From: an uncultured Acidobacteriota bacterium | Lineage (GTDB): Bacteria > Acidobacteriota > Vicinamibacteria > Vicinamibacterales > UBA2999 | DNA: 64,000 nucleotides | Direction of reading: 5' to 3' | NCBI GenBank assembly: GCA_963721715.1 | Contig: CAVRKI010000004.1 | Span: forward strand, 1,426,991 to 1,490,990 | In this document: positions 1 to 9,438 of the stretch, one piece after another | Position numbering within the stretch: the stretch's first letter is position 1 | Layout: every line of letters starts with the position of its first letter | Program-made: the position numbers and the translations under genes | Notes under the pieces: model-generated | Databases searched by the model: none | Told to the model about the DNA's origin: nothing | What the model saw: only the letters and a program-made list of their open reading frames with translations

Positions 1-2096
1 ACAAGGTGCGCGCGGGTCATCCGGTGGTGATGCTGAGCCACGCTTACTGGACGCGGCGCTTTGCGGGCCGCTCCGAGATTCTCAATCAACCGCTCACCAT
101 CAACACCACGACGATGACCGTGATTGGTGTCGCGCCGCCCGCCTTTGCCGGCGTGGTCGCGCTGCAGACACCGGACGTGTTCGTGCCGCTGATGATGAAG
201 GCCCAGATCACGCCGACCTGGGACGATCTCGACAACCGCCAGTCGCGCTGGGTGAGCCTTGTCGGCCGGCTGAAACCGGGTCTGACGATCGAAGCCGCCC
301 AGGCCCGCCTCGACGTGCTCTACAAACAGATCAACGCCGGCGAACTGGAGTCGGTGCCGGCCTTCGCCGCGGCGAGCGCGACGTTCAAGGAGCGGTATCG
401 CGCCAAGAGCATCAAGGTGGAGGCCGCGGGTCGGGGCCTGTCGGGGCTGCGCGGCGGCTTCAGCACTCCCATCGCGGTGCTGATGGGCATGGTCGGGCTC
501 GTGCTGCTGATCGCCTGCGCCAATGTCGCCAACCTGCTGATCGCGCGCGCCGCCGCCCGGCAGAAGGAGATGGGCGTCCGGCTCGCGCTTGGCGCCAGCC
601 GCGGGCGCATCATCCGCCAGACGCTGTTCGAAAGCCTGCTGCTGTCGCTGGCGGGAGGCCTCGTGGGCCTGGTGCTGTCGATCTGGCTCGGCGAGCTGCT
701 GGTGGGACTGTTGCCATCCGGAGGCTCGGCGCAGGCGCTGTCGACCACACCGGATCTCCGCGTCGGACTCTTTACCCTTGCGGTGTCCGTCCTCACTGCC
801 GTCGTCTTCGGACTGGCGCCGGCGCTGCAGTCCTCGCGGCCCGACATGAACCAGACGTTGCGCGAGGAGGCGGGCTCGCTGGCCGGCAGCGCGTCGCACG
901 CGCGGCTGCGAAAGAGCCTGGTGGTGGCGCAGGTGGCGGTGTCGATGCTACTGGTCGCGGGCGCGGTGTTGTTCGCGCGCAGTCTCTACAACTTGAAGCA
1001 CCTCAGCCCAGGCTTCGACGCCACGGCCCTGGTCTCATTCGCGGTGAGTCCGGAACTGGCCGGCTACGACCAGACCCGCATCAAGCGCTTCTACCAGACC
1101 CTGCAGCAGGAGCTGCAGGGCCTTCCAGGCGTGCGCGGCGCGACCCTGGCCGCGGAGCCCGTGCTCACCGACAGCGTCTCGAGCCGCACGGTGCAGGTGC
1201 AGGGCTACGAGACCAAACCCGACGAGAACATGAATCCCTGGACCAACGAAGTGGCCCCGGACCACTTCCGCACGATGGGCATGCCGCTGGTCCTCGGCCG
1301 CGAGTTCACCGAGCGTGACGCCGAAGGCGCGCCGCTCGTGGGCATCGTCAACGAGACGTTCGCGCGCTACTACTTCGGCACCGAGAATCCGATCGGCCGC
1401 CGCTTCGGTTGGCGCGTGCTGAACAACCCGGGGGCGATCGAGATCGTCGGCGTGGTAAAGGATTCGCTCCACGGCGGCATGCGCGAGGGGACGACGCCGG
1501 ACAACGAGATCCGCCGCTTCGTCTACACCCCGCTCCAGCAGGGCACCGAGCTCACCGGCATGACCGTCTACGTGCGCGCCACGCCCCAGGGCGCCGACGG
1601 GCTGATCGACCGGGTCCGCGAGACCGTCCGCCGCCTCGATGCCTCGCTGCCGGTCTACAACGTCACGACGATGGCGAACACGATCGACGAGGCGATGTTC
1701 ACCGAACGCATGCTCGCGGTGCTCTCGGCCGCATTCGGGCTGCTGGCGACGCTGTTGGCCGCGGTCGGCCTCTACGGGCTGATGTCCTACACGGTGGCGC
1801 GGCGGACGAGGGAGATCGGCATCCGCATGGCCCTCGGCGCCGAACGCGGCACCGTCGTCTGGCTGGTGCTGCGCGAAGTGGCGATCCTCACCGGCCTCGG
1901 CATCGTCATCGGCGTGCCGGCGGCGCTTGGACTGTCACGGCTGGTGTCGTCGCAGTTGTTCGGCCTCTCGGCCACGGATCCGATCACGCTGATGGTGGCG
2001 GCGGTCACGCTGGCCCTGGTGGGCGGCGCCGCCGGATACCTGCCCGCGAGGCGCGCCGCGGACGTGGAACCGGTGACGGCGTTGAGGACGTCGTAA
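1..2096 (+). CDS. ABC transporter permease, duplicated FtsX/MacB type (ADOP-like); 5' end outside window
   Basis: ORF 6..2096 is open to the window edge. It has two FtsX-type TM modules (LIACANVANLLIARAAARQKEMGVRLALGASRGRI and MSYTVARRTREIGIRMALGAERGTV), each preceded by a large extracytoplasmic domain. Confidence 0.85.
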   Translation, partial: KVRAGHPVVMLSHAYWTRRFAGRSEILNQPLTINTTTMTVIGVAPPAFAGVVALQTPDVFVPLMMKAQITPTWDDLDNRQSRWVSLVGRLKPGLTIEAAQARLDVLYKQINAGELESVPAFAAASATFKERYRAKSIKVEAAGRGLSGLRGGFSTPIAVLMGMVGLVLLIACANVANLLIARAAARQKEMGVRLALGASRGRIIRQTLFESLLLSLAGGLVGLVLSIWLGELLVGLLPSGGSAQALSTTPDLRVGLFTLAVSVLTAVVFGLAPALQSSRPDMNQTLREEAGSLAGSASHARLRKSLVVAQVAVSMLLVAGAVLFARSLYNLKHLSPGFDATALVSFAVSPELAGYDQTRIKRFYQTLQQELQGLPGVRGATLAAEPVLTDSVSSRTVQVQGYETKPDENMNPWTNEVAPDHFRTMGMPLVLGREFTERDAEGAPLVGIVNETFARYYFGTENPIGRRFGWRVLNNPGAIEIVGVVKDSLHGGMREGTTPDNEIRRFVYTPLQQGTELTGMTVYVRATPQGADGLIDRVRETVRRLDASLPVYNVTTMANTIDEAMFTERMLAVLSAAFGLLATLLAAVGLYGLMSYTVARRTREIGIRMALGAERGTVVWLVLREVAILTGLGIVIGVPAALGLSRLVSSQLFGLSATDPITLMVAAVTLALVGGAAGYLPARRAADVEPVTALRTS

Positions 2097-2153
2097 GTTC
2101 ACACGTACACATTCAAGGATGGAAGGAGCCAGCTGCCCGAGCGGGGCCTCAAG

Positions 2154-2174
2154 TTTGAACTTTGAACTTTGAAC
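2154..2174. repeat. Tandem heptamer (TTTGAAC)x3, intergenic
   Basis: Three perfect copies read directly, between the stop at 2096 and the ATG at 2196. Confidence 0.95.
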
Positions 2175-2195
2175 GCCGCGCAGTACTTTCTCCCC

Positions 2196-4801
2196 ATGCG
2201 AACGGTTTGCCTGCTGATGGTCTTCATGGTGAGCGGGGGCGCGGTGTCCGCCTGGGCTCAGACGTCGTCGCCACCGGCCGGCGTGTCGCTCGATGTCGCC
2301 ACCAGCCGCGCGGCGGTGGTCTTCGACCTGCGGTATCACCTCACACTGAACGTGCCGAAGGCGCTGGCCGAGCCCATCACCGGCACCAATCGCATCACGT
2401 TCGATCTCCGCAGCAACACCCAGCCGCTGGTCATCGATTTCGAGACCAGCCGCGATCACGTGAAGTCGGTGCAGGCCAATGGCGCCGCCGCGGCGTTCGA
2501 ATACCTGAACGGCCACATCATCGTGCCCAGCACCGCGCTCAAGACTGGGCGCAACGAGATCGTCGTTACGTTCAACGCCGGGGACGCCTCGCTCAATCGC
2601 AGCGCCGACTTCATGTATGCGCTGTTCGTGCCGGCGCGGGCGCGGCAGGCGATCCCGGTGTTCGATCAGCCGGACCTGAAGGCGCGCTGGACGCTGGATC
2701 TGACCTATCCGGAGGGCTGGCAGGCCGTGAGCAATGGCGCCGCAGGCGTGCAGGGAGTCGGCGGCGTCATCAAGCCGGCCGCGCCCCCTGCCTCATGGAG
2801 GACGCTCACCTTTGCCGAAACCGAGCCGCTCTCCACCTACCTCTTCTCCTTCGTCGTCGGCGACTTCAAGGTCGAGACCGCCACCCGCAACGGCCGCACG
2901 TTCCGCATGTTCCACCGCGAGACCGATGCCGCGAAGGTGACGCGCAACCGAGAGGCGATCTTCGACCTCCATGCCGCGGCCATCGCCTTCATGGAGCGCT
3001 ACACGGGCATCCCCTACGCGTTCGGCAAGTTCGACTTCGTCCTCATCCCGGCGTTCCAGTTCGGCGGCATGGAGCACGCCGGCAAGATCCTCTACAACGC
3101 CTCAGGGCTGCTGCTGGACGAGTCCGCGACGCAGAACCAGCTGCTCGGCCGCGCCTCGGTGATCTCGCACGAGACCGCCCACATGTGGTTCGGCGACCTG
3201 GTGACGATGCGGTGGTTCAACGATGTGTGGATGAAGGAGGTCTTCGCCAACTTCATGGCGGCGAAGATCGTGAATCCGTCCTTCCCCACCGTGAACCACG
3301 ACCTGCGCTTCCTGCTGTCGCACTACCCGGCCGCCTATGAGGTGGATCGCACGCCCGGGGCGAACCCCATCCGGCAGCAACTCGACAACCTGAACGAGGC
3401 CGGCAGCCTGTACGGCGCGATCATCTATCAGAAGGCGCCGGTCATCATGCGGCACCTCGAGGCGCTGCTCGGCGAGGAGTCGTTCCGCGACGGCCTGCGC
3501 GAGTACCTGAACGCGCACAAGTTCGGCAACGCCACCTGGAACGATCTGATCGAGGTGCTGGACCGGCGCACGCCCGCGGACCTGAGAGCCTGGAGCAAGG
3601 TGTGGGTGGAACAACCGGGACGTCCGATCATTACGACGAAGCTGGAGGTCGACGGACGGCAAGATCACCAGGCTCGCCTTCGAGCAGAGCGACCCGATGC
3701 AGCGCGGTCTGATCTGGCCGCAGCAGCTGCGCGTCATCCTCGGCGATGCGGGCGGCGCGCGGACGCTGCGGGTCGCGCTCGACGGCGACATCGGCGGAAG
3801 CGAGGGAGGCCGTCGGCCAGCCGGCGCCGGCGTTCGTGCTGGCAAACGGCGAGGGCTGGGCCTACGGCGACATCGTGCCGGACGCGACCTCGCTGGCCTA
3901 CCTCACGCGATCACTGCCCGACATCGCCGACCCGCTCACGCGGGGCAGCGCGTGGGTCACGCTCTGGGATGGCGTGCTCGACGGCCGCGTCGCCCCCTCC
4001 GCGTTCATGGACCTTGCCACGGCGGCGTTGCCAAAGGAAACCGACGAGCAGATGACGTCGCGAGTGCTGGGCTATGCCGGCAACGCGTGGTGGCGCTTCA
4101 TCCCGGCGGCTGAGCGAAGCCAGCGCGCAGCGGCGTTCGAGAGAGTGCTGCGCGAGGGGCTGGACCGCGCCGGGACCGCAAGTCAGAAGGCCGCCTGGTT
4201 TGGCGCGCTGCGCAACGTCTCGCTCACCGCGCCGACGGTGGAGTGGTTGCGCAAGGTGTGGGCCAAGACCGAGACGGTGCCGGGCCTGCCGTTGGCCGAA
4301 GCCGACTACACGACGCTGGCCCTCGAGCTGGCGGTCCGCGAGGTAGACGGCTGGAAGGCCATTCTCGCCGAGCAACTCACCCGCATCGAGAATCCCGATC
4401 GCAAGGGGCGCTTCCAGTTCGTGATGCCCGCGCTGTCCGCCGATCCGGCCGAGCGCGACAAATGGTTCCGCTCGCTCGCGGACGTCAACAACCGGCGCCG
4501 CGAACCCTGGGTGCTGGAAGGCCTCAACTACCTGCACCACCCGCTTCGGACCAGGGCATCCACCGGCTATGTGACGCCGAGCCTCGAGATGCTGTGGGAA
4601 ATCCAGAAGACGGGCGACATCTTCTTCCCGAAGCGCTGGCTGGACTCGATCCTGGGCGGGCACAGCTCGCCGGAGGTGGCGGCGATGGTGCGCCAGTTCC
4701 TGGCGTCGCTGCCCGCGAACTACCCCGAGCGACTGAAGAACATCACGCTGCAGTCGGCGGATGAGTTGTTCCGTGCCGAGGCCGTGATGAAGGGAAAGTA
4801 G
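2196..4801 (+). CDS. M1-family zinc metallopeptidase (aminopeptidase N-like), exported; reading frame broken twice
   Basis: Signal peptide MRTVCLLMVFMVSGGAVSAWA. GGMEH plus HETAHMWFGD...WMKE (HEXXH-18-E) lie in ORF 2169..4055. The C-terminal helical domain continues in ORFs 3697.. and 3746..4801. Frame shifts lie near 3655 and 3790. Confidence 0.85.
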
Positions 4802-4816
4802 TAATCTTCGGGTTCC

Positions 4817-6052
4817 ATGAACCGCCTCTTCCTCTCCTGCGTCGCCGCTCTCCTCATCGGCTCGCTCACTGCGGCGATCGTCGTCGCCCAGGCGCCGGCC
4901 ACCACCGCGCCCGCCGCCATCACCATCAAGGCCCGCCGCGTGATCAACGGGATCGGCGGCACGCTCGACAATGCGGTCGTCACGGTCCGCGATGGGAAGA
5001 TCGTGAGCGTGGGCCCGGCGTCCGGTCCAGTCACGATTGATCTGGGCGAGGCCACCCTGCTGCCGGGGTTCATCGACACCCACGTGCACATCGACTGGCA
5101 CTTCGATGCCAAGGGCCGGTATCACACCGGCCCCGAGCCGTCCGAGCAGAACGCGCTCTACGCCGCGGAGAACGCCTACGTCACGCTGATGGCCGGCTTC
5201 ACCACGGTGCAGAGCGTCGGCTCGCCGCGCGACAAGGCGCTGCGCGATGCCATCGCCCGCGGCGTGCTGCCCGGCCCCCGCGTGCTCACCTCGCTCGGCC
5301 AGATCAGCAACGCCAAGCTCACGCCGGATCAGATCCGCGAACAGGTGCGCGAACGCAAGGCGGACGGCGCCGACCTGGTGAAGATCTTCGCCTCCGCCAG
5401 CATCCGCGACGGCGGTGTGCCGACGCTGTCGCAGGAGCAGGTCGACGCGGCGTGCGGCGAGGCGAAGGCACAGGGGCTGCGGTCGATGGTCCACGCCCAC
5501 AGCCCGGAATCGATGATGCGCGCGGCCCGCGCCGGCTGCACGGTGGTCGAGCACGGCGGCCTGGCCACACCCGAGGCGCTGAAGATGCTCGCCGACCGCG
5601 GCGTCTACTTCGATCCGAACATCGGCCTGGTGACGCAGAACTATCTCGAGAACCGCGCCCGGTTCGATGGCATCGGCAACTACAACGCCGAGGGCTTCGC
5701 CTCGATGGAGAAGGCGCTTGGCAGCAAGGACCAGATGTTCACCGCGGCGCTGAAGACGCCCGGGCTGAAGATCGTCATGGGCACCGATGCGGTCGCCGGC
5801 GCCCACGGCCAGAACATGCGCGAGGTGCTGGAGCGCGTGAAGTCGGGCCAGCCCGCTGCTGACGCGATCAAGTCCCTGACCTCGGTCTCCGCCGAGTCGA
5901 TGGGGCTGGGCACGGAGATCGGCACTATCGCACCGGGGTTCGCGGCGGATCTCGTCGCCGTGACCGGCAACCCACTCACCGACGTCTCCGCGCTTCGCCG
6001 GGTGGCGTTCGTCATGAAGGGCGGGAAGGTGTATCGGGGGCTGACGCCGTAG
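4817..6052 (+). CDS. Amidohydrolase-family metallohydrolase, exported
   Basis: Intact 411-aa ORF. Signal peptide MNRLFLSCVAALLIGSLTAAIVVAQA. GFIDTHVHIDWH (HxH metal site), VHAHS and GTDAVAG motifs. Confidence 0.85.
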   Translation: MNRLFLSCVAALLIGSLTAAIVVAQAPATTAPAAITIKARRVINGIGGTLDNAVVTVRDGKIVSVGPASGPVTIDLGEATLLPGFIDTHVHIDWHFDAKGRYHTGPEPSEQNALYAAENAYVTLMAGFTTVQSVGSPRDKALRDAIARGVLPGPRVLTSLGQISNAKLTPDQIREQVRERKADGADLVKIFASASIRDGGVPTLSQEQVDAACGEAKAQGLRSMVHAHSPESMMRAARAGCTVVEHGGLATPEALKMLADRGVYFDPNIGLVTQNYLENRARFDGIGNYNAEGFASMEKALGSKDQMFTAALKTPGLKIVMGTDAVAGAHGQNMREVLERVKSGQPAADAIKSLTSVSAESMGLGTEIGTIAPGFAADLVAVTGNPLTDVSALRRVAFVMKGGKVYRGLTP

Positions 6053-6125
6053 AAGGCGCGCCTTCGAGCGCGTAGGGTTCGTGGCCCTCGCTGCGCTCGG
6101 GTAGGCGCGCCTGCGGCGCGTCGGA
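6053..6125. repeat. REP-like GC-rich palindromic units (about 3 units)
   Basis: gaaggcgcgccttcgagcgcgtaggg / gtggccctcgctgcgctcgggtagg / cgcgcctgcggcgcg. The same unit type occurs at 12728-12865, 13631-13702 and 52108-52380. Confidence 0.8.
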
Positions 6126-6133
6126 AACACCCC

Positions 6134-6165
6134 GGGTACCGGACACCGGGTACCGGCTCCCGGTC
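6134..6165. repeat. Tandem heptamers, CCGGTAC-like family (gggtacc ggacacc gggtacc ggctccc ggtcc)
   Basis: Read directly. Lies between convergent stops at 6052 (+) and 6167 (-). Confidence 0.9.
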
Positions 6166-6166
6166 C

Positions 6167-7349
6167 TTAGACTACGTTCAGTTCGCCGCTCTTCACGGCG
6201 CCGGCAAACCGATCGAGCGCGAACGGCGTGAGGTCGAACTTCGGATCGTGCCCCGTCAATACGTCGGCGAGAATTCGGCCTGCCGCCGGCGCGTGCTGGA
6301 AGCCGTGACCGCTGAAACCCGCGATGGTGTAGAAGCCGGCGACGTCCGCTGACGGGCCGATGATGGCGTTGTGGTCCGGCGTCATCTCGTAGAGCCCGGC
6401 CCACGCGTGTGAGACCGCGGCGTCTCCCATCGCGGGCAGCCGACGAATCGCCACTTCGGTGACCCGCGGCAGGAAGTCCCAGCGCACGGTGGTGTCGAAA
6501 CCTGGCGTCTCGTCCGGATCGCCCATCCCGAACAGCAACCCTGGTCCCTCGCGATGGAAGTAGAAAGTCGTCTCGAAGTCGATCACGAGGACCTTTGAGC
6601 GAGGCATGCGGCCGGCCCATTCAGGCGCGTCCCATGACCCACCGCGCTCGGGAGTGGCGATGAAGATGTGGCGCCGCTCCGGCTCGACTGGGCACGTCCA
6701 CGCCGAGATAACGACCGATGCTCTTGGCCCACGGACCGGCCGCGTTCACCAGCACCGGCGTACTGATGTTGCCCCTGGAGGTCTGCACCTCGGCCACGCG
6801 TCCATGCGCGAGTCGGACACCGGTGACTTCGGTCTCGCGCACGATTTCCACCCCCCGTGCCTGCGCGCCCTTCGCGAAGCCCATGGTGACGCCGTTGGGA
6901 TCGGCCACGCCGTCGGCCGCGCAGTAGGCGGCGCCGCGAATGCCCGCGACGTCGATGCCCGGTGAGATGCGAGCCGCATCTTCGGGAGACAGCCACTGGA
7001 CGTCCACACCCATGCTGCGCTGGAGAGCCATGTTCTTCTCGAAGGCGGCGACGTTGACGGCCTTCGAGACGAGGAAGAGGTAGCCATCCTGGTGGAAGTC
7101 GATCGGCGCGCCAACCTGCGCTTCGAAGTCGGCCATCATCGCAATCGATTCGATCGACAGGCTGATGTTCGCCGGGTTCGAGAACTGGTGGCGTACGCCG
7201 CCGGCGTTCTTGCCGGTCGACCCGGTGGCGAGCTGTGCCTCGCGCTCGACGAGGACGACATTGGTGACGCCGTGTTGAGCAAGATGCCAGGCGACGCTGC
7301 ATCCCATGCAGCCGCCACCGACGATGACGACGTCAGCCGTTGTGCGCAT
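6167..7349 (-). CDS. FAD-dependent oxidoreductase (DAO family, sarcosine-oxidase-beta-like); frame broken once
   Basis: N-terminal VVIVGGGCMGCSVAWHLA Rossmann motif and TGKNAGGVRHQF lie in ORF 6621..7349. C-terminal AGLYEMTPDHNAIIGP...GFSGHGFQHAP lies in ORF 6167..6607. Removing one base from the ggg run at 6690-6692 joins them as VPVEPERRHIFIATPE. Confidence 0.8.
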
Positions 7350-7367
7350 CGGATGATTGTAAGCCGG

Positions 7368-8684
7368 CTACGGCTGCCGGTAGATCCGTCCGCCCTTCAT
7401 CACCATCTTCACCTTCCGCAGCGCGGCGATGTCGGCGGTGGGGTCGCCTTCGACGGCGATCAGATCGGCCAGCAGCCCCTCGCGGACGCGGCCGACACGG
7501 TTGTCAAGGTGGAAGTACGCGGCGTTGCCGGAGGTGGCCGCCACGGTGACCGCCATCGGCGTCATGCCCCAGTTCACCATCAGCTCGGCTTCGCGCACGT
7601 TGTCGCCGTGCGGATAGACGCCGACGTCGCCGCCAAAACACATCTTCACGCCAGCCGTGACCGCCGCCTTGAAGGTGACGCGCTTCTTCACCAGGCGCTC
7701 GGGCTCCGGCTGCTCGCCCTTCTTCCATCCCGCGTACTGCGCCGTCGCATCGGGCGCACCGATGACCGGGCAGAACGCGACGCCCTTCTCCACCATCAGC
7801 TTCCAGATCTCGGGCGTGCCCTCGTCGCCGTGCTCGATCGTCTCCACGCCGCCGACGATGGCCCGACGCATGCCCTCCGGCGTTGACGCGTGAGCCACGA
7901 CGGGCCGCCCGCTGCTCTTCGCCGCCTCGACGATGGCGACGATCTCGGCCTGGGTAAAGGTGGGGCGGGTCTCGCCGTTCGGCCCCCAGCGGTAGTCGGC
8001 GTAGATCTTGATGAAGTCGACGCCGTGGCCCATCTGATCGCGCGCCACGCGGGTAACGCCTTCGACGCCGTCCGCTTCGTCCGCCCCCTGCGGCACGCGA
8101 AATTCCGAGGCAAAGCCCTTCGGTCCGTAGCTGCCCGTCGCCACCATCGCCGGGCCGGCCACCAGCATGCGCGGCCCGGGAATCAGGCCCTCGTCGATCG
8201 CGCGCTTCAGTCCCACATCCGCGTAGGCGGCGCCTTCGGTGCCGAGGTCGCGGACCGTGGTGATACCGGCCATCAGCGTCCGTTCCGCATGCGTCACCGC
8301 CCGCGCCACGCGATAGGCGATCGGCTCCTTCAGCACCTGGTCGTTCCAGGTGGTCTCGTTGTAGGGATGGAGCAGCAGGTGCGAGTGCCCCTCGATGAGG
8401 CCGGGCATCACGGTGAGGCCGGCCAGCCGAGTCTCGCGCGCGCCAGCGGGCCGGCTGATCGACGCGGCCGGTCCCGCGGCGACAATCCGATCACCGGCCA
8501 CCACCACGGCCCAGCCGCGCTGCATGCGTTCACCGTCGAACACCGCATCGGGCACGAGCACCACCGGCGCGGCGGCCGACGACGGCGGCGGCGCGGTCTG
8601 CGCCTCTGCGGCGGTCGACGGCGCGGTACTGCCAGCGGCAACGAGCGCGAGCGGCAGGAACAGTGCGGCGGCGTATCGAGTCAT
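7368..8684 (-). CDS. Amidohydrolase-family metallohydrolase, exported
   Basis: ORF 7368..8996. I placed the start at ATG 8684 (MTRYAAALFLPLALVAAGS signal peptide). GLIEGHSHLLLH HxH motif, VVAHAST and FGGDVG are present. Confidence 0.85.
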   Translation of the reverse strand: MTRYAAALFLPLALVAAGSTAPSTAAEAQTAPPPSSAAAPVVLVPDAVFDGERMQRGWAVVVAGDRIVAAGPAASISRPAGARETRLAGLTVMPGLIEGHSHLLLHPYNETTWNDQVLKEPIAYRVARAVTHAERTLMAGITTVRDLGTEGAAYADVGLKRAIDEGLIPGPRMLVAGPAMVATGSYGPKGFASEFRVPQGADEADGVEGVTRVARDQMGHGVDFIKIYADYRWGPNGETRPTFTQAEIVAIVEAAKSSGRPVVAHASTPEGMRRAIVGGVETIEHGDEGTPEIWKLMVEKGVAFCPVIGAPDATAQYAGWKKGEQPEPERLVKKRVTFKAAVTAGVKMCFGGDVGVYPHGDNVREAELMVNWGMTPMAVTVAATSGNAAYFHLDNRVGRVREGLLADLIAVEGDPTADIAALRKVKMVMKGGRIYRQP

Positions 8685-8694
8685 GGTGGCGAAG

Positions 8695-8700
8695 TATACT
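8695..8700 (+). promoter_or_regulatory. Possible -10 box TATACT upstream of 8722..9339
   Basis: TATACT lies 22 nt upstream of the ATG. No convincing -35 box. Confidence 0.3.
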
Positions 8701-8721
8701 GCCGCCACCCGCTCCACCCTC

Positions 8722-9339
8722 ATGGCCACCCCCACCTCCGCATCACCATCTGCGCCTCGTCGTTCCAGCCTGGGGCCGCGCATCGGCGCGGCCGTGGCCA
8801 TTGCCATCGGTGTAGCCGTGGCGCTGCGCGTGATGGGCGGCACCACCCCGAAGCCAGAGGTCACGAACCAGAGCGTGGTGAACGCGCCGGATCCCGCGCC
8901 CGTCGATTCCGCGCGATGGCTGGCGGCATTCCCGCTCGAACCACTCGAGGCCCCGGCCATCGTTGGCAACAGCCCGGCCGCCCGGGCGCTGAACACGGCG
9001 CTGGAGCGGTATCGGAAAGGCGACTACGTCGCCGCCGCGACCGCACTGGATGGTTTTCTGCTCGATTACCCTGGCGACCCCGCGGCCACGCTCTACCTTG
9101 GCATCTCGCGCTTGTTCATGGACGAGCCGCAGAACGGGCTGGAGATCCTGCGCGGCATGCCTGGCAGCGCGTCCGAACAGGTGATGGCCGAAGCGGAGTG
9201 GTATTCAGTGGTGGGCGCCGCGCGGCTGCGCGACCCATCCGCGGCCGAGGGCGAGGCCCGCACACTCTGTGAGCGGAAGGGGCCAGCGAGCGCCAGGGCG
9301 TGTGCGGCCCTGGAGCGGCTGCGGAAGAGCAGGCTCTAG
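8722..9339 (+). CDS. Hypothetical membrane-anchored protein with a TPR-like C-terminal part
   Basis: Start at ATG 8722 inside ORF 8395..9339. One TM segment (IGAAVAIAIGVAVAL), then a helical YRKGDYVAAATALDGFLLDYPGDPAATLYLGISRLF segment. Confidence 0.5.
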   Translation: MATPTSASPSAPRRSSLGPRIGAAVAIAIGVAVALRVMGGTTPKPEVTNQSVVNAPDPAPVDSARWLAAFPLEPLEAPAIVGNSPAARALNTALERYRKGDYVAAATALDGFLLDYPGDPAATLYLGISRLFMDEPQNGLEILRGMPGSASEQVMAEAEWYSVVGAARLRDPSAAEGEARTLCERKGPASARACAALERLRKSRL

Positions 9340-9376
9340 GCTCCAGGCTCTGGCTAGAGCCTGAAGCCTGAGGCCT
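9331..9376. repeat. Palindromic heptamer island: (AGGCTCY)x3 - ggct - (RRAGCCT)x3
   Basis: Sequence is aggctct aggctcc aggctct ggct agagcct gaagcct gaggcct. The TAG stop at 9337-9339 lies inside it. Confidence 0.95.
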
Positions 9377-9389
9377 GCTGCGTCCGGAC

Positions 9390-9395
9390 TATACT
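9390..9395 (+). promoter_or_regulatory. Possible -10 box TATACT upstream of 9439..12730
   Basis: TATACT lies in a locally AT-richer stretch 44 nt upstream of the ATG. Confidence 0.3.
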
Positions 9396-9438
9396 TTTTG
9401 GCTGTGTCCGCGAAAGTTCTGGCGGATGCGCTTCGATT

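Noticed and set aside
2154-2174. The idea that heptamer arrays are three-frame stop pads. A 7-nt unit containing TGA, repeated three times, puts a stop in every frame.
   Set aside because: This holds for TTTGAAC, TGATCCC and GAACTCT on one strand only. The orientation is inconsistent: at 31175-31195 and 53783-53808 the sense strand carries the stop-free orientation. CTTGGGG/CCCCAAG has no stop on either strand.
3911-6130. Very long ORFs on the opposite strand or in alternate frames of recognisable genes. Examples are 3911..6130 (-, 739 aa), 9529..10878 (-), 10748..12529 (-), 21156..23030 (+), 21910..23637 (-), 26703..28364 (-), 42292..44379 (+), 44078..45439 (-) and 59814..61310 (+).
   Set aside because: They are Arg/Ala/Gly/Pro-rich shadow ORFs typical of high-GC DNA. 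They carry no recognisable motifs, and each is fully overlapped by an ORF with clear family signatures.
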